Of a stretch of DNA of 64,000 nt, positions 1 through 6,690 are shown one piece after another; within the stretch, counting starts at the first letter, position 1, and every line of letters starts with the position of its first letter. This stretch comes from an uncultured virus (IMG/VR IMGVR_UViG_3300021387_000281) (lineage: Duplodnaviria > Heunggongvirae > Uroviricota > Caudoviricetes > Crassvirales), in IMG/VR virus record IMGVR_UViG_3300021387_000281; one strand, given 5' to 3'. Under the pieces are notes generated by a model. It did no database searches. It was given only the letters and a program-made list of their open reading frames with translations, and was not told the origin of the DNA. A program made the position numbers and the translations under genes.

Positions 1-108
1 ATTACCATCTTCAACAAGGCTTCATTCTTGGTTGACGGAATACACCCGAACGCCAATGGCATGAAACTTCTTTCTGACAAAATTTATAAACATTTAATTT
101 TTGATTGA
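1..108 (+). CDS. C-terminal fragment of an SGNH/GDSL-type hydrolase (probably a tail-associated esterase), truncated by the window edge
   Basis: Frame 1 reads ITIFNKASFLVDGIHPNANGMKLLSDKIYKHLIFD-stop. DGIHPNxxG is the SGNH block V DxxH motif. Not in the ORF track. Confidence 0.7.
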   Translation: MTIFNKASFLVDGIHPNANGMKLLSDKIYKHLIFD

Positions 109-109
109 T

Positions 110-532
110 ATGGGCAAATACTTAGTTATTAACGGCGCAGATTTCAGCGCAAACGGCATTCCCGTAGTTGACAAGTTAGCGTTAATCAAAAGCGCGATGG
201 AGGCAGCGTATTATGAACACGTCAGATTTACGACTAGCACATCTACTGGCGTGCCAACGACTGCGTCGGTAAATAGAAATGCGTGGGGCATGATTGTGGC
301 TACTGGATTCCCGTCCTTTGTTGTTACGCCAAAACAAGGATTCCACCAAGTGCCTATTCAGACGGATGGAAATACGGGAAAATTCGCCTTTGAGTGGACT
401 GACTATGGAGTTACTTATGAAGGTTTCGATTCAAAGCAGTATGTCGGTGGAAACCTTGCGTATGGTGGAAACCAAAATCTGCCCGATGGGTTATCTTTGT
501 GGGACATGGTAGAAGTGACTCTTGCTGAATAA
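110..532 (+). CDS. hypothetical protein, possibly tail/receptor-binding associated
   Basis: ATG at 110 directly follows the previous stop. Starts MGKYLVINGADFSANG, beta-rich composition, followed by a terminator. Confidence 0.6.
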   Translation: MGKYLVINGADFSANGIPVVDKLALIKSAMEAAYYEHVRFTTSTSTGVPTTASVNRNAWGMIVATGFPSFVVTPKQGFHQVPIQTDGNTGKFAFEWTDYGVTYEGFDSKQYVGGNLAYGGNQNLPDGLSLWDMVEVTLAE

Positions 533-565
533 CTCTCAGAGTAACTAATAAAAGGCTACAGCACG

Positions 566-606
566 AAAAAAGGGGCTGCTTCCGTGATGGAGGCGGCCCC
601 TTTTTT
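566..606 (+). terminator. intrinsic terminator, possibly bidirectional
   Basis: AAAAAGGGGCTGCTTCC-GTGAT-GGAGGCGGCCCCTTTTTT hairpin with A and T tracts on the two sides. Confidence 0.85.
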
Positions 607-688
607 GTTTTTGTCACTTAATCATGTCGTAGCCACCTATCAGGTTTCTTTATTTTTACTATCTAAATCTAAGTAAATCATTAAGTAG

Positions 689-720
689 TTTGTGGAAGTT
701 AAAATAATACAATAACTTTG
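689..720 (+). promoter_or_regulatory. Bacteroidota primary-sigma promoter (-33 TTTG / -7 TAnnTTTG)
   Basis: TTTG at 689-692, 20-nt spacer, TAACTTTG at 713-720, upstream of the ATG at 748. Confidence 0.7.
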
Positions 721-747
721 CAGTATTAACTTAAAAAAGAAGAAGAT

Positions 748-963
748 ATGGAAGAAAGTTGGGAAGAGTATATTGAAGATTCTCTTGAGCAGATCAAAAA
801 AGAAACTCATGAGAACAATGTGATGCTTAGGCAGATTGTGAAAGTAATCAACACCTACATTATAAGGCATCATCAGGAGAATGAGGATGACTTTGGTAGA
901 AATGTTCTTGCAAATCTGATAAGTAGTACTATTGATATTAATAAACTATTTAAGAAAAGATGA
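748..963 (+). CDS. hypothetical protein
   Basis: 71-aa ORF after a promoter, AT-rich leader, TGA-TAA double stop. Confidence 0.6.
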   Translation: MEESWEEYIEDSLEQIKKETHENNVMLRQIVKVINTYIIRHHQENEDDFGRNVLANLISSTIDINKLFKKR

Positions 964-965
964 TA

Positions 966-1091
966 ATGGTAAAAAGAAAGACTAATAAGAAGGCCAGTGG
1001 TGGTGCTACAGGAAGAGCAAAGCCTGTAGCAGCTAAAGCAGGATTCACTAAAGCCAGAAGACGTTATGGCTGTGGAGGAAAGCTTAAGTAA
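966..1091 (+). CDS. small basic protein (41 aa) ending in YGCGGKLK
   Basis: MVKRKTNKKASGGATGRAKPVAAKAGFTKARRRYGCGGKLK. Fills the gap between the 748 and 1066 ORFs. Below the ORF-track size cutoff. Confidence 0.65.
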   Translation: MVKRKTNKKASGGATGRAKPVAAKAGFTKARRRYGCGGKLK

Positions 1092-1440
1092 AACACTATA
1101 TAAGATAGTATTGTATTCAGTAAAGGTGATACCTATGGTGGTTTCGGGTATTTATCTGATGAATACAGTACTATCTTATTTTGATATAGACTTGGAACTG
1201 TTTTCCTATGTGGTACAATTCTTGTTTATAGGACAGATGTATGCTACTTCTTTTGCTTTTAAGTTTTGTGCTTGGCACAGGATGTTCATACATTATATCA
1301 TGATTATTTTCATTCTGAACATCATTGATTATCATATAGGATTTCCTCTTACTGATAAGAGAATGCTCACCTTATATATTATTATAGCAACTATTTGTAT
1401 GTTTTTAGCGTTATACTTGAAGATAAAATGCAGACACTAA
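1066..1440 (+). CDS. membrane protein (about 4 hydrophobic segments)
   Basis: 124-aa, strongly hydrophobic ORF overlapping its neighbours. Confidence 0.65.
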   Translation: MAVEESLSKTLYKIVLYSVKVIPMVVSGIYLMNTVLSYFDIDLELFSYVVQFLFIGQMYATSFAFKFCAWHRMFIHYIMIIFILNIIDYHIGFPLTDKRMLTLYIIIATICMFLALYLKIKCRH

Positions 1441-1706
1441 AGAAGATTATAACAAAGCTATTAAGGGAAACTGCTGATAAGATAGATTCTGGAAACTGTG
1501 AATTATCAGAATCAGAAGCTATGGATATTATGAGTGTTCTCAGTCATCAGGCAATGAGTAAAGAGGATGCTTGTGTCTATATGAACATGAGTAGAAGTAA
1601 ATTTGATAGTTTGATTAGTGAAAGAAAGCTTCCTAAAGGCAGGAAGAGAAGAGGATTCAAAGAATTATGCTGGTATCGAGATGAGCTTGATGCTTATAAG
1701 AAGTAG
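1428..1706 (+). CDS. helix-turn-helix DNA-binding protein (excisionase/AlpA-like)
   Basis: MSKEDACVYMNMSRSKFDSLISERKLPKG...W pattern typical of MerR/Xis-like HTH. Probable start MQTLKK at 1428. Ends in TAG. Confidence 0.7.
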   Translation: MQTLKKIITKLLRETADKIDSGNCELSESEAMDIMSVLSHQAMSKEDACVYMNMSRSKFDSLISERKLPKGRKRRGFKELCWYRDELDAYKK

Positions 1707-1726
1707 TCACACGGTGACTACAAACA
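1703..1726 (+). repeat. 7-5-7 palindromic element (dispersed family)
   Basis: GTAGTCA-CACGG-TGACTAC-AAACA, overlapping the TAG stop of the HTH gene. Confidence 0.65.
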
Positions 1727-1743
1727 TAACTGGGAATATTTTT

Positions 1744-1778
1744 ACTCTCTAACTACTTGATAGTTAGGGAGTTTTTTC
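1744..1778 (+). terminator. intrinsic terminator
   Basis: ACTCTCTAACTA-CTTGA-TAGTTAGGGAGT hairpin followed by a T run. Confidence 0.75.
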
Positions 1779-1816
1779 ATTTTTAGGGATTGTTAGGAAC
1801 CCCATTTTAATCTCCG

Positions 1817-1824
1817 TATCTTTG
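1817..1824 (+). promoter_or_regulatory. -7 promoter element TATCTTTG
   Basis: Matches TAnnTTTG, followed by CA like the other promoters. No clear -33 TTTG at 19-21 nt. Confidence 0.5.
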
Positions 1825-1848
1825 CAGTGTTCTTGCAAGGATAACAAA

Positions 1849-1872
1849 GTTGCTATGCTATAGCAACAAACA
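1849..1872 (+). repeat. 7-5-7 palindromic element (dispersed family)
   Basis: GTTGCTA-TGCTA-TAGCAAC-AAACA, just downstream of the promoter at 1817. Confidence 0.75.
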
Positions 1873-1915
1873 TGACAAAATTTTAAATGTTTAACTGATT
1901 CAAAAAAATTTTATT

Positions 1916-2884
1916 ATGGGAGAAAATGGAGTTTTAGTATTCCCCGATGCAGCTAAAGGTGCTGCTTCAAGTATTGATCCTAACCTGCTGCTTGCCCTTC
2001 AGAATGGTGGCGGCTTTGGTGGTGGTAATGGCTGGTACTGGATTCTCTTCTTGTGGATGATGTGGAACCAGAATGGCCGTAATGGTAACTTCAATGACTA
2101 TATTGCTCAGATGAATAATCAGGGTCAGCAGTATCTTGCTGAGATTATGGCAGGTAGGTTTGATAATCTTGGTCAGCTTGCTCAGATTGTAAATACTGGT
2201 GTTGAGACTGTGAAGAATGGTATCTTTGCCCTTCAGAACAATATCAGCCAAGTTGGTGCTAATGTTGGTCTTACAGCTGCTCAGACTCAGAATGCTATTG
2301 CTATGGGTAATGCAGGTCTTGCTAAGCAACTTTGTGAGTGCTGCTGCAACATGCGTTATGACCTTGCTCAGCAGACTAATACTCTTCAAGCGCAGGCTGC
2401 TGGTAACTTTGCTGCTTCTCAGTTGCAGGCTGCTCAGAATCAGGCTGCTACACAGCTTCAGATGGCTCAGATTGAAAGTGCAGACCAGCTTGCTGTTTGC
2501 CAGCAGACTAATGCTTTGGCTACACAGTCTGACAGGAATACCAACAGTATTCTCAGTGCTATTCAGGGCCAGAACACTCTTATCACTAAGGAGTTCTGTG
2601 ACTTAAAGGAGAGAGAACTGCAGAACAAGATTAATACTCAGGGCGACATTATTACTCAGCTGAGGAACCAGATTTCTAATGACCATCAGACTCTGCAATT
2701 TAATGCTGCCTTCCACGCTCTTGATGACAAGATTGACAACATTGCAGCTAAGCAGCCTCAGACTGTTCCTGTTCAGTGGCCTAATCTTGTAGGTGTAAAT
2801 GCTACTCCTTACATTGGTCAAGGATTCTATCCTGGCGGTAATTATGGCTGGGGTAATGGTTTTGGTGGAAGTATTGTATTCTAA
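1916..2884 (+). CDS. Gln/Ala/Asn-rich coiled-coil protein with a CCC motif, function unknown
   Basis: 322 aa; Gly-rich N-terminus with hydrophobic WYWILFLWMMW, QLCECCC motif, long helical region, Gly-rich C-terminus. Confidence 0.75.
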   Translation: MGENGVLVFPDAAKGAASSIDPNLLLALQNGGGFGGGNGWYWILFLWMMWNQNGRNGNFNDYIAQMNNQGQQYLAEIMAGRFDNLGQLAQIVNTGVETVKNGIFALQNNISQVGANVGLTAAQTQNAIAMGNAGLAKQLCECCCNMRYDLAQQTNTLQAQAAGNFAASQLQAAQNQAATQLQMAQIESADQLAVCQQTNALATQSDRNTNSILSAIQGQNTLITKEFCDLKERELQNKINTQGDIITQLRNQISNDHQTLQFNAAFHALDDKIDNIAAKQPQTVPVQWPNLVGVNATPYIGQGFYPGGNYGWGNGFGGSIVF

Positions 2885-2909
2885 ATAAGGATAATAGGAG
2901 GTAAAAAGT

Positions 2910-3248
2910 ATGAATTGCTGCAATCCAATTATAGCAACTAATGCAGGCGGTGTTCCTTATATCGTCAGTACTAACACTACAGTAGGTACAGAGACTATTG
3001 ACATAGCTCTTGGTTTTAGGAGAATACAGCCAGTAGGGTATCTGACAGTAATCATCAGTGATGTGATTCCTGCAGATGCCACTACTACTCTCCCTGTTAC
3101 TCTTACCATGAATGGTACTACAAGAGCATTGACTCTTCCTAATGGTACTGCTGTTACTGCTGCAGAACTGTTGAATGTAGGTAATATTCTGGTATTCAAT
3201 GACAGGACAAGAGGGTTACTGACACTGATGTCGAGGACTACTGAGTAA
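2910..3248 (+). CDS. hypothetical beta-rich protein
   Basis: 112-aa ORF with GGAGG upstream, Thr/Val-rich. Confidence 0.7.
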   Translation: MNCCNPIIATNAGGVPYIVSTNTTVGTETIDIALGFRRIQPVGYLTVIISDVIPADATTTLPVTLTMNGTTRALTLPNGTAVTAAELLNVGNILVFNDRTRGLLTLMSRTTE

Positions 3249-3275
3249 GAATTCAATGTTTAAAAGTTTAAGGTT

Positions 3276-3785
3276 ATGTTTTCAAATTTAGGTAAAGGCA
3301 GTGTACTGCAAGGTGTGGATAAAAGTGGTGATAAGCTGAAGTGGTTTACTGGTACTGTGGAAAGGATAACTCCTTCATTGAGTAATCCCTACCCCCAATA
3401 CCCTAATGCCTTCGGGCAACTTCCTGCTGTGAGTCTTGATATTATTGCTAATATTGATGGTAAGCAAAGGGAGTTCAAGGGAGTACATAGTGATGACACT
3501 ATAGCAGATTTTGGTAAGAATACAGTTATTCTTGCAGATTCAGAGACTTCTTTGTTCAATCATATCAACTCACTCTTGAAGACCAGTGAGGAAGCTGTGA
3601 ACAAGGATAATATTTCTTGGCATGAAAGGATGATTCCTCAGTATAGAGGAGTGCTATCTGATATGAGACCTGGGACTACCAATAGTACAGAGGTGAAAGA
3701 GCTGAAGGAGCAAGTTGGTAGCTTGCAGGCACAGCTTGCAGAAGCACTGGCTTTACTTAAAGGAGAAGCTAAAGCTAAAGCTTAG
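3276..3785 (+). CDS. hypothetical protein with C-terminal coiled coil
   Basis: 169-aa ORF in the operon. Ends TAG followed by TGT TGA. Confidence 0.7.
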   Translation: MFSNLGKGSVLQGVDKSGDKLKWFTGTVERITPSLSNPYPQYPNAFGQLPAVSLDIIANIDGKQREFKGVHSDDTIADFGKNTVILADSETSLFNHINSLLKTSEEAVNKDNISWHERMIPQYRGVLSDMRPGTTNSTEVKELKEQVGSLQAQLAEALALLKGEAKAKA

Positions 3786-3837
3786 TGTTGATAGTTTAGA
3801 GTTTAGAGAAAATTAAAAAGTTTAAAATTTTTAGGAT

Positions 3838-4047
3838 ATGGTAGTAATAAGATTTAGAAGCAGTGCAGAGCATGAGGAGCTCATGAGGAAAGTGAAGAAG
3901 ATGAAGAAGTTCACTGATGAAATCCTTGATTGTCTGGAAGAGAAATCTGAAGGTGAGGATTATGAGTTCCGTGGTGGCTATCGCAAGGAAATGGAAGATG
4001 AACCAGAGTACAGAGGTGGCAGATATGGTTATCGTGGTGGACGGTAA
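3838..4047 (+). CDS. hypothetical protein with C-terminal RGG/YRGG repeats
   Basis: 69 aa; FRGGY...YRGGRYGYRGGR. Confidence 0.65.
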   Translation: MVVIRFRSSAEHEELMRKVKKMKKFTDEILDCLEEKSEGEDYEFRGGYRKEMEDEPEYRGGRYGYRGGR

Positions 4048-4092
4048 TACCGTTTAATGTTCAAAGTTCAAAGTTCAAAATACTGATTGCTT

Positions 4093-4509
4093 ATGTATCA
4101 CAGAGAGATGGGAAGCTATGATGAGATTCCTGATGGAATGAAGCGATACTTGAATAACTATGGCTGTCATTTCAATAAGAAGCTCTATCATGAAGCTGTA
4201 AGCAGGATGTATACCAAGGTGAATGGGAGGAAGGAGTACCTTTCTCCCTACACCAAGGAAGAGATTGATGCTCTACTTGAGAACTATGGTGTGAAGCCTG
4301 AGAAAGGTAAGATGTATGATGCTGCATACATAGCTTCTATGTGTAAGGCAGATTTCTATGGGAAGTCAGTACCTAATGAAGAATGTCTTGCCAAGTATGT
4401 AAAAGATATGCTTGATGATCCTGATGCTAAGGAAGGGTATGTCTTTAACAGGTTTTATGCAGATACTATGTTTATGAATGACCCTATAGATTGGGATGAG
4501 ATGGTTTAA
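4093..4509 (+). CDS. hypothetical protein
   Basis: ORF containing MKRYLNNYGCHFNKK. Probable ATG at 4093. Confidence 0.7.
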   Translation: MYHREMGSYDEIPDGMKRYLNNYGCHFNKKLYHEAVSRMYTKVNGRKEYLSPYTKEEIDALLENYGVKPEKGKMYDAAYIASMCKADFYGKSVPNEECLAKYVKDMLDDPDAKEGYVFNRFYADTMFMNDPIDWDEMV

Positions 4510-4543
4510 GTAATAACACAGTTATTGCAAACACTACACTACT

Positions 4544-4927
4544 ATGATTAGACAAGAGTTTCATGTAGAGGAGTATTGGAAGGTTGTGGTTTATTGGAAT
4601 ATAGACCACAGCCTTTTTAGCTTTATCAAGCAAGAGCTGCTGAGAGAAGGTTTTTCTTTTGAGGTGCTTGAAGAAGTAGAAGAGAACCTCAGAGGTAAGA
4701 ATGCGAAAGCAGCTACTATCAGTAATATTGGAAAGCATGTGAGCTATGTATTGTTTAACAGGCATAAAGAGAAAATTGATTACATCAACTCTGTTGTGCA
4801 TGAGTGTGTACATGTGAAACAGGCAATGCTTGAAGCATACGATATAGAAGATATGGGAGAAGCACCTGCCTATACTATGGGATATTTGGTAGGAAAGATG
4901 TATGGGGTATTGAAACAGTTGTTGTGA
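4544..4927 (+). CDS. HExxH metallopeptidase-like protein
   Basis: NSVVHECVH...GEAPAY zincin-like motif. Confidence 0.6.
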   Translation: MIRQEFHVEEYWKVVVYWNIDHSLFSFIKQELLREGFSFEVLEEVEENLRGKNAKAATISNIGKHVSYVLFNRHKEKIDYINSVVHECVHVKQAMLEAYDIEDMGEAPAYTMGYLVGKMYGVLKQLL

Positions 4928-4941
4928 TATAACAACATACT
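4918..4941 (+). repeat. 7-5-7 palindromic element (dispersed family)
   Basis: GTTGTTG-TGATA-TAACAAC-ATACT. Confidence 0.7.
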
Positions 4942-4982
4942 GAACCTTTTGGTGGAGATAGTATTAATAAAAAATTTAATAG

Positions 4983-5014
4983 TTTGGAAATGATGGCAGC
5001 AGATTGTAATTTTG
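4983..5014 (+). promoter_or_regulatory. Bacteroidota-type promoter for the lysis cassette
   Basis: TTTG 4983-4986, 20-nt spacer, TAATTTTG 5007-5014. Implies the holin starts at 5062, not 4984. Confidence 0.65.
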
Positions 5015-5061
5015 CAGATATAAATAGATATATAGACGTGGATTTTTCAGTATTTAAAAAT

Positions 5062-5604
5062 ATGAGCAGGCTACTGGTCTTGAGTATCATGGGAAGTGAG
5101 GCTCTTCAGGCTATTCAGGATTTACGATGGATGATAACATTGTGTATTGTGCTCATCATTGCAGACTATAGATTTGGTAGAGCAGAAAGTAGGAAGAAAC
5201 ATGCAGAGGCTATTGAGCAACATAATGATGTAATGGCTAAGATGTATGAGTTCAGATTTTCAAGAGCCATGAGGAGAACATGCAATAAATTCGTGGATTA
5301 CATGATGTTGCTTCTTGTATGCTGCTTAATAGGCTTGGCAGTCACAGAGCCTTATGGTATCTGCAGCCATGTGATAACAGCAGGAGTGGCTGTGATTGTA
5401 GCCTGTATGTGTGAATTATGGTCAATAGGAGGACACTTCTGTTATTTAAAAGGTATTAATGTAAGAAAGCCTGATTTGACATGGAAGAGTTTCTTTGTGT
5501 TTGCAGGCAGACTTGCTGCAGGATTTGCCAAGACTAAAGATGAAGACTTTGGTAATGCTCTGGATGATACCATCACTCAAACATTAAATGACGAAAAGAA
5601 ATGA
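5062..5604 (+). CDS. holin (phage holin family 4-like)
   Basis: Several transmembrane segments with ADYRFG...SRAMRRTCNKFVDY pattern, directly upstream of and overlapping the endolysin. Confidence 0.7.
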   Translation: MSRLLVLSIMGSEALQAIQDLRWMITLCIVLIIADYRFGRAESRKKHAEAIEQHNDVMAKMYEFRFSRAMRRTCNKFVDYMMLLLVCCLIGLAVTEPYGICSHVITAGVAVIVACMCELWSIGGHFCYLKGINVRKPDLTWKSFFVFAGRLAAGFAKTKDEDFGNALDDTITQTLNDEKK

Positions 5605-6131
5605 AAATCAATAAGCCACAACTTCTAAGAGCAGTTCCCAATCTGTATAAGGCAAGGGTAGACGACTTTGTAAAGACTTTTAATGAGTGGTCAGATACCT
5701 TTGGAATTAATACCCCTTTAAGAGCTGTACACTATCTGGCTCAGGTGTTCCATGAGAGTGCTGCCCTGCGTTATACTGAAGAAATAGCATCAGGCAAAGC
5801 CTATGAGGGTAGAGAAGACCTTGGTAATATTCAAAAAGGTGATGGAGTAAAATTCAAGGGAAGAGGCTTCATTCAGATTACAGGAAAGGCAAATTATCAG
5901 GCTTATGCCAATAGTGAATATTGTGTGGGAGATTTGATGAAGCATCCTGAATGGTTATCTAAATCACCCGGTAATCAGAAAGCAAGCATGTGGTTCTGGA
6001 AAACCAAGGGTCTTAATGAGCTTGCAGACAAAGATGACATTAGAGCTATTACCAAAAAGGTGAATGGTGGCTACAATGGACTTGCAGACAGAATGTTCTA
6101 TTATAGAAGATTTAAAAAGGAATTACTATGA
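5601..6131 (+). CDS. endolysin, glycoside hydrolase family 19
   Basis: LAQVFHES, FKGRGFIQITGKANY and ITKKVNGGYNGLADR are GH19 motifs. Confidence 0.9.
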   Translation: MKINKPQLLRAVPNLYKARVDDFVKTFNEWSDTFGINTPLRAVHYLAQVFHESAALRYTEEIASGKAYEGREDLGNIQKGDGVKFKGRGFIQITGKANYQAYANSEYCVGDLMKHPEWLSKSPGNQKASMWFWKTKGLNELADKDDIRAITKKVNGGYNGLADRMFYYRRFKKELL

Positions 6132-6532
6132 GGAAGTACCTTTACATTCTAATTGCCTCTGTGCTGCTTACAGGCTGTAAAACTAAATATGTAGCAGTGC
6201 CTGAGTATCACCAAGTGTTTGTGGAGAAACATGATACTCTTGTGCATAGGGACTCTATATTTGAGAAAGATTCTGTTTATATTGTACAGAATGGTGATAC
6301 AATCACCACATACAGAACTAAGATACTTTATAGGGATAGATGGAGAGAAAGAGTGGTTTATAGAGACTCTGTAAGGACAGATTCTATCAGGGTGCCTTAT
6401 CCTGTAGAAAAGAAATTGACATATTGGCAAGAGATGTGGATGAATGCAGGAAAAATACTGGCGTTTTTCATAAGTGTATGTTTTATAGGTTTTTTGGTTA
6501 GACGATGGCTTCTGGCGAGAAGCCGATGCTAA
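6128..6532 (+). CDS. spanin-like lipoprotein (candidate unimolecular spanin)
   Basis: N-terminal signal with lipobox LLTG-C, beta-rich xDSI/xDT repeats, C-terminal TM helix; follows the endolysin. Confidence 0.7.
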   Translation: MRKYLYILIASVLLTGCKTKYVAVPEYHQVFVEKHDTLVHRDSIFEKDSVYIVQNGDTITTYRTKILYRDRWRERVVYRDSVRTDSIRVPYPVEKKLTYWQEMWMNAGKILAFFISVCFIGFLVRRWLLARSRC

Positions 6533-6591
6533 AAGTTAATGATTTGTTTAAGTTAGTAATTTAGGTTTATAGTTATTAATGATTTTTGTAT

Positions 6592-6622
6592 GCCACCAGC
6601 CTGTGAAGGTTGGTGGTTTTTT
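6592..6622 (+). terminator. intrinsic terminator
   Basis: GCCACCAGCCT-GTGA-AGGTTGGTGGT hairpin plus T run. Confidence 0.85.
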
Positions 6623-6643
6623 ATTAGTAAAAAATTAAGCGGT

Positions 6644-6674
6644 TTTGTTGTTTTAAGAATAGCCCTTATTTTTG
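6644..6674 (+). promoter_or_regulatory. Bacteroidota-type promoter for terL
   Basis: TTTG 6644-6647, 19-nt spacer, TATTTTTG 6667-6674. Confidence 0.65.
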
Positions 6675-6690
6675 CAAAAATTTCTATGAG

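Noticed and set aside
4984..5061. N-terminal extension of the holin given in the ORF track (TTG start)
   Set aside because: It overlaps a well-formed -33/-7 promoter; the ATG at 5062 is the more plausible start.
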